Assembly (NCBI RefSeq): GCF_044704955.1
Contig: NC_091990.1
Span: forward strand, 68,138,001 to 68,202,000
Direction of reading: 5' to 3'
From: Pristiophorus japonicus
Taxonomy: Eukaryota
DNA length: 64,000 nt
The notes below the pieces were generated by a model that ran no database searches, was not told the DNA's origin, and worked only from the letters and a program-made list of their open reading frames with translations. Position 1 is the first letter of the stretch; each line of letters starts with the position of its first letter. The position numbers and the translations under genes are program-made. Below, piece by piece: positions 10,860 to 23,735 of this stretch.

Positions 10860-13800
10860 TTTTAGGGGATTCTATAGTTAGGGGAACAGACAGGCGTTTC
10901 TGCAGCCGTAGACGTGACTCCCGAATGGTTTTATGCCTCCCTGGTGCCAGGGTCAAGGATGTCACAGAGTGGACGCAGGGCATCCTGGAGGGGGGAGGGT
11001 AAACAGCTAGAGGTTGTGGTCCATATTGGGACCAACGACAGGTAAATTAAGGGACGAGGTCCTCCAGGAAGAATTTAGGGAGCTAGGAAGAATATTAAAG
11101 GGTAGGACCTCAAAGATAGTAATCTCCGGGTTACTATCAGTGCCACGTGCTAATGAGTATAAGAATAGAAGGAGAGAGAGGATGAACACGTGGCTGGAAA
11201 GTTGGTGTAGGAGGGAGAGCTTTAAATTCTTGAGGCATTAGGACCGTTTCTGGGGGAGATGGGACCTGTACAAACTGGACGAATTGCACCTCAATAGCTC
11301 CGGGACCAATATCCTCGCGGGGAGTTTTGCTAGTGCTGTTGGGGAGAGTTTAAACTAGCTTGGCAGGGGGATGGGAACCTGAGAACGAATTCAAAAGGGA
11401 AGGAAGTAAAGCAGAAGCTGGATAGCAAGAATCTAGAAAGTTAATCTGTAAGACAGAGGAAACAGGGCTTAGTATATAGTAAGCAAGGAGGTCTTCCTGT
11501 GCTGAATGGTATATACTTTAATGCAAGGAGTATAGTGAATAAGGCGGATGAGCTGAGAGCACAGGTAGACACTTGGGAGTATGACATTATAGCCATTACA
11601 GAAACATGGCTGAAAGAGGGGCAGGCTTGGCAGATCAATATTCCTGGCTACAGAATTTTTAGACAAGATAGAGAGGGGGTAAAAAGGGGGTTGTGGTACT
11701 GATTAAAAAAACTATTACAGCGGTGAGGAGGGATGATATGTTAGAGGGATCATCAACTGAGGCCATATGGTCAAATTGAAAAATAAAAAAGGGGCGATCA
11801 CACTGCTGGGCGTGTATTATAGACCCCCAAACAGTGGGAGGGTGATAGAGGAGCAAATATATAGACAAATTGCTGTGAAGTCTAAAAACCATAGGGTAGT
11901 AATAGTAGGGGATTTTAACGATCCAAATATTGATTGGGACAAATTTAGTGTGAAGGGTATAGAGGGTGTGGAATTCTTGAAATGCATTCAGGGGAACTTT
12001 TTTAGTCAGGATGTAGCAAGCCCAACATAAGAGGGGGCGGTCTTGGATTTAGTTTTGGGGAATGAAGCTGGGCAGGTTGAAGGGGTATTAGTGGGAGAGC
12101 ACTTGGGTGCCAGTGACCATAATTCAGTCACATTGGTTATGGATAAGGACAAGAATAGGCCTAAAATAAAAGTCCCGAATTGGGGAAAATGAATTTTCCT
12201 AAATTAAGGAGTGATTTAGCCATAGTGGACTGGAAACAGCTTCTTGTGGGTAAATTAGTGTCGGAACAGTGGGAGGCATTCAAGGAGGAGATCCGGAAGG
12301 CTCAGGCCAAAATTGTGCCCTTAAAGAAAAAGGCTGGGAAAAATAATTCTAGAGCCTTCTGGATGTCTAGGGACTAACAGGAGGATAAAGAAAAAAAGGG
12401 ACGCTTATGTCATATACCAACGGCTAAATACAATAGAATCTTTAGAGGAATATAGAATGTTAAGAGGCAAAATTAATAAGGATATTAGGAATGCTAAGAG
12501 ACAGCACCTGAAATTCTTGGCCAGTAAAATTAAGGAAAATCCTAAGATGTTCTATAAATATATTAAGATTAAGAGGGTAACTAAAGAAAGGGTAGGGCCT
12601 ATTAGAGACCATGAGGGTAATCTTTGTGTGGAGGCGTAAGATGTTGATAGGGTTCTTAACATAAGAACATAAGAACATAAGAATTAGGAACAGGAGTAGG
12701 CCATCTAGCCCCTTGAGCCTGCTCCGCCATTCAAAAAGATCATGGCTGATCTGGCCGTGGATTCAGCTCCACTTACCCGCCCGCTCCCCATAACCCTTAA
12801 TTCCCTTATTGGTTAAAAATCTATCTATCTGTGATTTGAATACATTCAATGAGCTAGCCTCAACTGCTTCCCTGGGCAGAGAATTCCACAGATTCACAAC
12901 CCTCTGGGAGAAGAAATTCCTTCTCAACTCGGTTTTAAATTGGCTCCCCCGTATTTTGAGGCTGTGCCCCCTAGTTCTAGTCTCCCTGACTAGTGGAAAC
13001 AACCTCTCTGCCTCTATCTTGTCTATCCCTTTCATTATTTTAAATGTTTCTATAAGATCACCCCTCATCCTTCTGAACTCCAGCGAGTAAAGACCCAGTC
13101 TACTCAATCTATCATCATAAGGTAACCCCCTCATCTCCGGAATCAGCCTAGTGAATCGTCTCTGTACCCCCTCCAAGGCTAGTATATCCTTCCTTAAATA
13201 AGGTGACCAAAACTGCACATAGTACTCCAGGTGCGGCCTCACCAATACCCTGTATAGTTGCAGCAGGACCTCCCTGCTTTTGTACTCCATCCTTCTTGCA
13301 ATGAAGGCCAACATTCCATTCGCCTTCCTGATTACCTGCTGCACCTGCAAACTAACTTTTGGGGATTCATGCACAAGGACCCCCAGGTCCCTCTGCACCG
13401 CAGCATGTTGTAATTACTCCCCATTCAAATAATATTCCCTTTTACTGTTTTTTTTCCCCAGGTGGATGACCTCACACTTTCCGACATTGTATTCCATCTG
13501 CCAAACCTTAGCCCATTCGCTTAACCTATCTAAATCTCTTTGCAGCCTCTCTGTGTCCTCTACACAACCCGCTTCCCCAATAATCTTTGTGTCATCTGCA
13601 AATTTTGTTGCACTACACTCTGTCCCCTCTTCCAGGTCATCTATGTATATTGTAAACAGTTGTGGTCCCAGCACCGATCCCTGTGACACACCACTAACCA
13701 CCGATTTCCAACCTGAATAGGACCCATTTATCCCGACTCTCTGCTTTCTGTTAGCCAGCCAATTCTCTATCCACGCTAATACATTTCCGCTGACTCTGCG

Positions 13801-16599
13801 TACCTTTATCTTCTGCAGTAACCTTTTGTGTGGCACGTTATCGAATGCCTTTTGGAAATCTAAATACACCACATCCATCGGTACACCTCTATCCACCATG
13901 CTCGTTATATCCTCAAAGAATTCCAGTAAATTAGTTAAACATGATTTCCCCTTCATGAATCCATGTTGCGTCTGCTTGATTGCACTATTCCTATCTAGAT
14001 GTCCTGCTATTTCTTCCTTAATGATAGCTTCAAGCATTTTCCCCACTACAGATGTTAAACTAACCGGCCTATAGTTACCTGCCTTTTGTCTGCCCCCTTT
14101 TTTAAACAGAGGCGTTACATTAGCTGCTTTCCAATCTGATGGTACCTCCCCAGAGTCCAGAGAATTTTGGTAGATTATAACGAATGCATCTGCTATAACT
14201 TCCGCCATCTCTTCTAATATCCTGGGATGCATTTCATCAAGACCAGGGGACTTGTCTACCTTGAGTCCCATTAGCCTGTCCAGCACTACCTCCCTCGTGA
14301 TAGTGATTATCTCAAGGTCCTCCCTTCCCACATTTCCGTGACCAGCAATTTTTGGCATGGATTTTGTGTCTTCCACTGTGAAGACCGAAGCAAAATAATT
14401 GTTTAAGGTCTCAGCCATTTCCACATTTCCCATTACTAAATCCCCCTTCTCATCTTCTAAAGGTCCAACATTTACTTTAGTCACTCTTTTCCTTTTTATA
14501 TATCAGTAAAAGCTTTTACTATCTGTTTTTATGTTTTGCGTAAGTTTACTTTCGTAATCTATCTTTCCTTTCTTTCTTCGAATACTTTGCATCTGTTTTC
14601 ACAAAGGAAAGAGGTAATGCAGATACTGCTATAGAGGAGGAGTGTGATATTCTGGATGAAATAGATATAGTGAGAAAGGAAGTATTAAGGGGTTTAGCAG
14701 CTTTGAAAATAGATAAGTCCCCAGACTCGGATGAAATGCATCCCAGGCTGTTGAGCGAAGTAAAAGAGGAAATAGCAGAGGCCTTGACCATCATTTTCCA
14801 GTCCTCTTTGGATCTAAGCATGGTGCCAGAGGATTGGAGGACTGCTAATGTAGTACCCTTGTTTAAGAAGGGAAAAAGGGATAGGCCGAGAAATTACAGG
14901 CCTGTCAGCCTAACGTCAGTGGTGGGAAATATTATTGGCCAAAATCCTGAAAGACAAGATAAATCTGCATTTGGAAAGGCAAGGATTAATTAGGGACAGT
15001 CAGCACAGATTTGTGAAGGGAAGATCGTGTTTGACTAACCTGATTGAATTTTTTGAGGAGGTAACCAAGAAGGTCGATGAGGGTAGTGCGTAGAATGTCG
15101 TATATGTGGACTTTTGATAAGGTCCCGCATGGTTGACTGGTCATGAAGGTTAAAGCCCATGGGATCCAGGGCAAAGTGGCAAGTTGGTTCCAAAATTGGC
15201 TTGGAGGTAGGAAGCAAAGGGTAATGGTTGATGGATGTTTTTGTAACTGAAAGGATGTTTCCAGTGGGGTTCCGCAGGGCTCAGTACTGGGTCCCTTACT
15301 TTTTGTGGTATATATCAACGATTTAGATTTGAATATAGGGAGTATGATTCAGAAGTTTGCATACGACACTAAAATTAAGAGGAAAGTCATGGGCTGCAGG
15401 AGGATATCAATCTACTGGTCAGGTGGGCAGAGCAGTGGCAAATGGAATTTAATTCAGAGAAGTGTGAGGTGATGCACTTTGGGAGGGCTAATAAGGAAAG
15501 GGTATACACATTAAGTGGTAGGTCGCTTAATAGTATAGATGAACAAAGGAATCTTGGAGTGCTTGTCCACAAATCCCTGAAAGTAGCAAGCCAGGTGGAT
15601 AAGGTGGTTAAGAAGGCATACGGAATGCTTGCCTTTATTGGCTGTGGTATAGAATATAAGAGCAGGGAGGTTATGCTTAAATTGTTTAATACTTTGGTTA
15701 GGCCACAGCTGGAGTACTGCATGCAGTTCTGGTCGCCGTTTTATAGGAAGGACATGATTGCACTAGAGAGGGTGCAGAGGAGATTTACTAGGATTCTGCC
15801 TGGAATGGAGAATCTTAGTTATGAAGACAGATTGGATAGGCTGAGTTTGTTCTCATTGGAACAGAGGAGGTTGAGAGGAGACCTCATTGAGGTGTACAAA
15901 ATATTGAGGGGCCTGGACATAGTGGATAGTAAGGGTCTATTTCCATTGGTGGAATGGTCTATTACGAGGGGGCATAGTTTTAAGGTGGGTGATGGAAGGT
16001 TTAGAGGGGATTTGAGGGGGGGGCTTCTTTACACAGAGGGTTGTGGGTATCTGGAACTCGCTGCCTGGAAGAGTAGTGGATGCAGAAACCCTCACCACTT
16101 TTAAGAGATGGTTGGATGCGCACTTAAAGTGCCGTAACCTGCAGGGTTACGGACCTCGAGCTGGTAATTGGGATTAGACTGGATGACCTTTTGTTGGACG
16201 GCGCAGATATAATGGTAAGTACTGCAGGGAATAGAATACGGCCAGGGTGATCTCCTGGACTAGTGTCGATCACCTGGATGGGTCGGAGAGGAATTTTCCC
16301 AGATTTTTTCTCTCTAAATTGGCCTGGGTTTTTATCTGGTTTTTGCCTCTCCCAGGAGATCACATGGCTCCGGTTGGGGTGGATTGTAGAATGTTTTCAG
16401 TATAAGGGGTGTTGCAGTTATTTGAGGTGGACTGGTTAGGCTGGGTGCTCTTTGCCTTTCCGTCATTGTTCATAGGTTTATATGTAACCTTTAGGTCTGC
16501 TGACCGAGGGACGTGCGGCTCTTTGTCGGCCGGCGCGGACACGGTGGGCCGAAATGGCCTCCTTCTGCGCTGTAAATTTCTATGTTTCTTCTATGTTTC
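10860..16599 (+). mobile_element. CR1 LINE (ORF1 esterase to 3' tail), decayed, split by a nested CR1 at 12660-14575
   Basis: GDSIVRG..CLPGARVKDV (SGNH esterase), YFNARSIVNK and IVGDFN (APE endonuclease), NYRPVSLTS, PQGSVLGP, RPQLEYC; VLN|EYFASVFT rejoins across the insertion; long 3' UTR with TTCTATGT tail. Confidence 0.92.
12660..14575 (-). mobile_element. CR1 LINE, 5'-truncated, (TTCTTATG)n tail, nested insertion
   Basis: ORFs 13414-14484 and 12763-13398 (RT: YLDFQKAFD, SQGSVLGP, KFADD); near-identical to 19345-21243. Confidence 0.96.
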
Positions 16600-19500
16600 A
16601 ACAACCTCTAATCCTTCTACCAATTTCTTTAAATCTATGCCACCTGGTTGTTGACCTCTCTACGAAGGCGGGAGTCAGAGGCGGCAGTCAGAGGCGGGAG
16701 TTCGTGGCATTGGTGAGGCCTACAAAAGGCCCAGCGGCAGCGAGAGATGGCGGCAGTCAGAGGCAGGAGTTCGTGGCATTGGTGAGGCCTACAAAAGGCG
16801 TACTTGTGCAGCTCCAGCCGGGAGAAAAAGCAAAAAAGATGCAGAAAGAAATCAAAAGTGACATCACAGCAAAGGTGTAAGATATTGGCTGGTGATTGGT
16901 GAGTAGCTATTCTTTTTCATTTTTATATCAGTAAGTAACCTGTTAAAATTGTTTTTGCCAATTTAAGTGTATCTAAGGGTTAAGTCATGGGCAGGAGAGC
17001 TGTGACACATGATATGCTCCTCATGTACCATGTGGGAACTCAGGGACACTTCCGGTGTCCCTGACGACTACGTGTGCAGGAAGTGTATCCGCCTCCAGCT
17101 CCTGATGGACTGCGATGCGGAATTGGAGCTGAGGGTGGATTCACTCTGGAGCATGCACGATGCTGAGAATGACGTGAGTAGCACGTGTACCGAGTTGGTC
17201 TCACCACAGGTGAAAGGTCCACAGCCAGATAGGGAATGGAAGACCAGCAGGAAGAGCAGTGCAAGGAAGATAGTGCAGGGGTCCCCTGCGGTCATTCCCC
17301 TGCAAAACAGATACACCACTTTGAGTACTGTTGAGGGGGATGACTCATCAGGGGAGGGCAGCAGTAGCCAAGTTCATGGCACCATGGCTGGCTCTGCTGC
17401 ACAGGAGGGCAGGAAAAAGAGGGGAGAGTGATAGTGATAGGGGATTCAATTGTAAGGGGAATAGATAGGCGTTTCTGCGGCCGCAACCGAGACTCCAGGA
17501 TGGTATGTTGCCTCCCTGGTGCAAGGGTCAAGGATATCTCGGAGTGGGTGCAAGACATTCTGAAAAGGGAGGGTGAACAGCCAGATGTCGTGGTACACAT
17601 TGGTACCAACGATATAGGTAAAAAAAGGGATGAGGTCCTACGAGACGAATTTAGGGAGCTAGGAGCTAAATTAAAAAAGTAGGACCTCAAAAGTAATAAT
17701 CTCGGGATTGCTACCAGTGCCACACGCTAGTCAGAGTAGGAATCGCAGGATAGCTCAGATGAATACGTGGCTTGAGCAGTGGTGCAGCAGGGAGGGATTC
17801 AAATTCCTGGGGCATTGGAGCCGGTTCTGGGGGAGGTGGGACCAGTACAAACCGGACGGTCTGCACCTAGGCAGGACCGGAACCAATGTCCTAGGGGGAG
17901 TGTTTGCTAGTGCTGTTGGGGAGGAGTTAAATTAATATGGCAGGGGGATGGGAACCAATGCAGGGAGACAGAGGGAAACAAAATGGAGACAGAAGCAAAA
18001 GACAGAAAGGACATGAGTAAAAGTGAAAGGCAGAGAAACCCAAGGCAAAAAACAAAAAGGGCCACTGCACAGCAAAATTCTAAAGGGTCAAAGTGTAATA
18101 AAAAGGCAAGCCTGAAAGCTCGGTGCCTCAATGCGAGGAGTATTCAGAACCCAGGAGAGGGCTCTGAGCTAGTTAGAATGGGTGAGAGCGCAGATGAACA
18201 GGACCTCAAGAAAGAATGCAAAAGGCAGGAGGCAACAGAGCAGAGTAGCACTGGGGTAAGTGTAAACCACAAGGTGATAGGAAGGGACAATATGTATGAA
18301 TATAAAAGAGCTGCAGGAGGGGTCAAAACTAAAAATCATGGTTTAAAAACTAGTATTAAAACATTCTACCTAAACGCATGCAGCATTCAAAATAAAGTAA
18401 ATGAGTTGACGGCACAAATCATTACAAATGGGTCTGATTTGGTGGCTATTACAGAAACGTGGTTGCAGGGTGGCCAAGACTGGGAATTAAACATACAGGG
18501 CTATCTGACAATTTGGAAAGATAGACAAGAAGGGAAAGGAGGTGGGGTAGCTCTGTTAATAAAGGATGATATCAGGGCAGTTGTGAGAGACGATATTGGC
18601 TCTAATGAACAAAATGTTGACTCATTGTGGGTGGAGATTAGAGATAGTAAGGGGAAAAAGTCACTGGTGGGCGTAGTTTATAGGCCCCCAAATAATAACT
18701 TCACGGTGGGGCGGACAATAATCAAGGGAATAATGGAGGCATGTGAAAAAGGAACGGCAGTAATCATGGGGGATTTTAACCTGCATATCGATTGGTCAAA
18801 TCAAATCGCACGGGGTAGCCTTGAGGAGAAATTCATAGAATGAATACGGGATTGTTTCTTATGTTACAGAACCTACAAAGGAGCAAGCTATCCTAGATCT
18901 GGTCCTGTGTAATGAGACAGGAATAATAAACGATCTCCTTGTAAAAGATCCTCTCGGAATAAGTGATCACAATATCGTTGAATTTGTAATACAGATTGAG
19001 GGTGAGGAAGTAGTGTCTCAAACGAGCATACTCTGCTTAAACAAAGGGGACTACAGTGGGATGAGGGCACAGTTGGCTAAAGTAGACTGGGAACACAGAC
19101 CAAACGGTGGCACAATTGAGGAACAGTGGAGGACTCCTTCATAGTGCTCAACAAAAATATATTCCAGTGAAAAAGAAGGGCGGTAAGAGAAGGGATAACC
19201 AGCCGTGGATAACCAAGGAAATAAAGGAGAGTATCAAATTAAAAACCAATGCGTATAAGGTGGCCAAGGTTAGTGGGAAACGAGAAGATTGGGAATATTT
19301 TAGATGACAGCAAAGAATGATTAAAAAAGCAATAAAGAAAGGAAAGATAGATTATGAAAGTAAACTTGCGCAAAACATAAAAACAGATAGTAAAAGCTTT
19401 TACCGATATATAAAACGGAAAAGAGTGACAAAAGTAAATGTTGGTCCCTTAGAAGATGAGAAGGGGGATTTAATAATGGGAAATGTGGAAATGGCCGAGA

Positions 19501-21845
19501 CCTTAAATAATTATTTTGCCTCGGTCTTCACAGTGGAAGACACAAAAACCATGCCAAAAATTGCTGGTCACGGAAATGTGGGAAGGGAGGACCTTGAGAT
19601 AATCACTATCACTAGCGGGGTAGTGCTGGACAGGCTAATGGGACTCAAGCTAGACAAGTCCCCTGGTCCTGATGAAATGCATCCCAGGATATTAGAAGAG
19701 AAGGCAGAAGTTATAGCAGATGCATTCGTTATAATCTACCAAAATTCTCTGGACTCTGGGGAGGTACCATCAGATTGGAAAGCAGCTAATGTAACGCCTC
19801 TGTTTAAAAAAGGGGGCAGACAAAAGGCAGGTAACTATAGGCCAGTTAGTTTAACATCTGTAGTGGGGAAAATGCTTGAAACTATCATTAAGGAAGAAAT
19901 AGCGGGACATCTAGATAGGAATAGTGCAATCAAGCAGACGCAACATGGATTCATGAAGGGGAAATCATGTTTAACTAATTTACTGGAATTCTTTGAGGAT
20001 ATAACGAGCATGGTGGATAGAGGTGTACCGATGGATGTGGTGTATTTAGATTTCCAAAAGGCATTCGATAAGGTGCCACACAAAAGGTTACTGCAGAAGA
20101 TAAAGGTACGCGGAGTCAGCGGAAATGTATTAGCATGGATAGAGAATTGGCTGGCTAACAGAAAGCAGAGAGTCGGGATAAATGGGTCCTTTTCAGGTTG
20201 GAAATCGGTGGTTAGTGGTGTGTCACAGGAATCGGTGCTGGGACCACAACTGTTTACAATATACATAGATGACCTGGAAGAGGGGACAGAGTGTAGTGTA
20301 ACAGAATTTGCAGATGACACAAAGATTAGTGGGAAAACGGGTTGTGTAGAGGACACAGAGAGGCTGCAAAGAGATTCAGATAGGTTAAGCGAATGGGCTA
20401 AGGTTTGGCAGATGAAATACAATGTCGGAAAATCTGAGGTCATCCACCTGGGGAAAAAAAACAGTAAAAGGGAATATTATTTGAATGGGGAGAAATTACA
20501 ACATGCTACGGTGCAGAGGGACCTGGGGGTCCTTGTGCATGAATCCCAAAAAGTTAGTTTGCAGGTGCAGCAGGTAATCTGGAAGGCGAATGGAATGTTG
20601 GCCTTCATTGCGAGAGGGATGGAGTACAAAAGCAGGGAGGTCCTGCTGCAACTGTACAGGGTATTGGTGAGGCCGCACCTGGAGTACTGCATGCAGTTTT
20701 GGTCACCTTACTTAAGGAAGAATATACTGACTTTGGAGGGGGTACAGAGACGATTCACTAGGCTGATTCTGGAGATGAGGGGGTTACCTTATGATGATAG
20801 ATTGAGCAGACTGGGTCTTTACTCGTTGGAGTTCAGAAGGATGAGAGGTGATCTTATAGAAACATTTAAAATAATGAAAGGGATAGACAAGATAGAGGCA
20901 GAGAGGTTGTTTCCACTGGTAGGGGAGACTAGAACTAGGGGGCACAGCCTCAAAATATAGGGGAGCCAATTTAAAACCGAGTTGAGAAGGAATTTCTTCT
21001 CCCAGAGGGTTTTGAATCTGTGGAATGCTCTGCCCAAGGAAACAGTTGAGGCTAGCTCATTGAATGTATTCAAATTACAGATAGATAGATTTTTAACCAA
21101 TAAGGGAATTAAGGGTTATGGGGAGCGGGCGGGTAAGTGGAGCTGAGTCCACGGCCAGATCAACCATGATCTTGTTGAATGGCGGTGCAGGCTCGAGGGG
21201 CTAGATGGCCTACTCCTGTTCCTAATTCTTATGTTCTTATGTTCTTCTGTTCTAAGGGAAATAGGTCCTTCCTATCCACTCTATCCAGGCCCCTCATAGT
21301 TTTACATACCTCAATCAATTCTGCCCTCAGTCTCCTGTTCCAAAGAAAACAGCCCCAGCCTATCCAATCTTTCCCCATAGCAAAAATTCTCCAGCCCTGG
21401 CAACATACTCTGTACCCTCTCTACTGCAGTCACATCCTTCCTGTAATGTGGTGACCAGAACTGCACACAGTACTCTAACTGTGGCCTAATCAGTGTTTTA
21501 TACAGTTCAAGCATAACCTCCCTGCTATTGTATTCTATGCCTCGGATAATAATGAAAATATCCTGTATCCCTGCGTAACTACCTTATCTACCTGGCCTGC
21601 TACCTTCAGGGATCTGTGGACCTGCACTCCAAGGTCCCTTTGTTTCTCTACACTTCTCAGTGTCCTACCATTTAATGTGTATTCCCTTGCCCTGTTAGCC
21701 CTCCCCAAATGCATTACCTCACACTTCTCTGGATTGAATTCCATGTGTTACTTTTCTGCCCATCTGATCAGTCTATTGATATCTTCCTGCAGTCCACAGC
21801 TTTCTTCCTCACTATCAACCACACGGGCAATTTTTATATCATCTG
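16600..21845 (-). mobile_element. Older CR1 3' fragment in two pieces (16600-16663 and about 21250-21845) split by the long CR1
   Basis: Joined flanks read LDRVDRKDLFPL|VERSTTRWHRFK; MEFNPEKCEVMHLG and [14 protein letters not shown] in the right piece. Confidence 0.8.
16664..21245 (+). mobile_element. Near full-length CR1 LINE (5' UTR, ORF1, ORF2, 3' UTR), inactivated
   Basis: ORF1 about 16987-17935 with CSSC..CRKC zinc finger and SGNH esterase; ORF2 about 17937-21146 with APE (VAITETW, IMGDFN, SDH) and RT (547-aa piece 19317-20960); stops at 18841, 19305, 20958 plus frameshifts; (TTCTTATG)n tail. Confidence 0.96.
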
Positions 21846-22228
21846 TACCTTTACATGTACAATGTATCTTTAGGACAGAGAACCAGGGAGTACTGAAGTT
21901 ACAGGCAAAGATAAGTGTTTTGTTTAAATGTATCAGCGTCTGAGATCAGGCAGGGAGCAGATATCGTGGTTTGTGCAAAGGTGGGCCAAGCTCAAAACAA
22001 GAATCCAAATGGAACAGATCCCCCACCAAAGGAGCTCATCGACTTAATTCTATTATAGCTGATGCCTGCGTCCCAGAGAAGGAATGAGATTGACTCAATA
22101 ATCACCAGCATCTAGATATTATTCTATCCAATAGACTGGCTGTTTAATGCTGTTAACTTGTCAGCAATCTAGGGATTTAGCCCTGGGTTCACCTCACCAA
22201 TTTAGTAGTTGCAGACGGTAATCTCAGC

Positions 22229-22437
22229 TAGATATAACTAAATGTAGTCACGGTCATAAAACTGTTTTAATAATAGCCAATTAATAGACAAATTTACTTC
22301 TCACTCAGATTCCAGTTAATGCTGAATTACAGTGACACTACTGCATTGTCGATACAAACTCTGTCACTTCGTTTGTGAAGTAAATTTGTCTATTATTAAA
22401 ACAGTTTTATGACCGTGACTACATTTAGTTATATCTA
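22229..22437. repeat. Fold-back inverted repeat (48-bp perfect arm plus 13 bp, 76-bp loop)
   Basis: TAGATATAACTAAATGTAGTCACGGTCATAAAACTGTTTTAATAATAG at 22229-22276 has an exact reverse complement ending at 22437. Confidence 0.93.
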
Positions 22438-23539
22438 TCAATTACTAGTACACACAATATTCAATATGCTTTTGTAGTCAATAAATAATATTTAGTGTGT
22501 GGCTTGTCCGACTTCTTCTTTGATGATTTGGCAAGAGTCCATTCATTCACTCAGCATTTAGCTATCCAAATCTAGAGTTGGTCAAGTCAATCCAAAGTGG
22601 GTGATTGAAGACGGTTCGGGGATCCAACTTGTGCATCCTTGACCTCAAGCTGGGCGGTAAATCTCAAACAGTTCCTGAGTGAGGCATTAAAGTGAGGGGT
22701 TAAGAATTTATCTGGTTCCTTGGCATACATTTGTTGGGATGCTCAAAGCCATTATTCTAACAGTCCATCCAGTCCATGCTAGTGAAGTCAAATTGGCAGC
22801 ACTCCATCCAGATAAAGTGGCATCAATAGAAAAGTGTTTGCAAACTAACTGTGGCGTGATCGGCACTCAGTGAGATTCAGATTTAAAGGCACTGCACATT
22901 TTGAAGGGGGCTGGGCATGTTAGGCATGAATATGAATCCTTGCCATCAAGGGAATGTGGAGGACAGGGATGGGAGAAAAACACAGGCAAATGCACACCAC
23001 GATAAACAGCCAATCCCACCGACAAATTGCACAGAAAAATATATAAACTTCAGAGTGGCTAAGGAGCGATATCATATTCCCAGCAGTGCCCAAGGGGTAT
23101 AGAGCTGGATTTGTATCCTAGTCAGATAGAGGTCAGACTCTCTCTCTTTAATGGCTTTCTCAATCCAGCATCAGCACATAAATATTTGAGAACCTACCAC
23201 GAAACAAATTGAGTAGATGCAAAAGTACAATTTTTACATTCCATGGCACCAGTAACCAGACCTATTTACACACTGCGAGTGACAAACTTACAATAAATCT
23301 TTTATATCGAAACTCTTCTGAGACTTGTGTTAAGTCCAAAAACCTCAGAATTTATTTGACCACATCCATTCTCTGCCCCCTCCCATGAAGAAACAGGCTC
23401 CTGTGGGGGAGGGGGGGGTAGTTTTGAAGGTGCCACCTTCTCTCCAGCATCTGCCCAACTGCCCATTCACCGCAGCACTGGTGGCAAATTCTTTGGCCAG
23501 AGCTTGATGCGATTTTCACCACTCACAAGGACTTTCCAG

Positions 23540-23735
23540 CAGGTGTCACTAGATCATGATCCGGAGCAGGAATGCTGGCTGATTATTCCGTTCCTACCAG
23601 AGGAGTGCTGAAGCCAATCACAGCACAGCTACATTCACTCAGTTGAGATCAGCTAACTCAACACAAACAGGGTGCTGAACCTGGGACCTTGCTGGTCTGT
23701 ACGAGTCACAAACTGGCTTTACCCACTGAGCCATC
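23540..23735 (-). mobile_element. tRNA-headed SINE-like fragment
   Basis: Reverse complement begins GATGGCTCAGTGGGTAA (A box) ... CCCAGGTTCAGCACC (B box-like); related decayed piece near 41090-41250. Confidence 0.5.

Noticed and set aside
19317-20960. Active reverse transcriptase gene (547-aa ORF)
   Set aside because: Fragment of CR1 ORF2 bounded by premature stops, with upstream frameshifts and a QG-to-QE change in the RT motif
22309-22379. Plus-strand exon in the hairpin loop (CTCAG ... GTAAAT)
   Set aside because: Antisense to the host gene, no recognisable protein, and the donor is just part of the inverted arm
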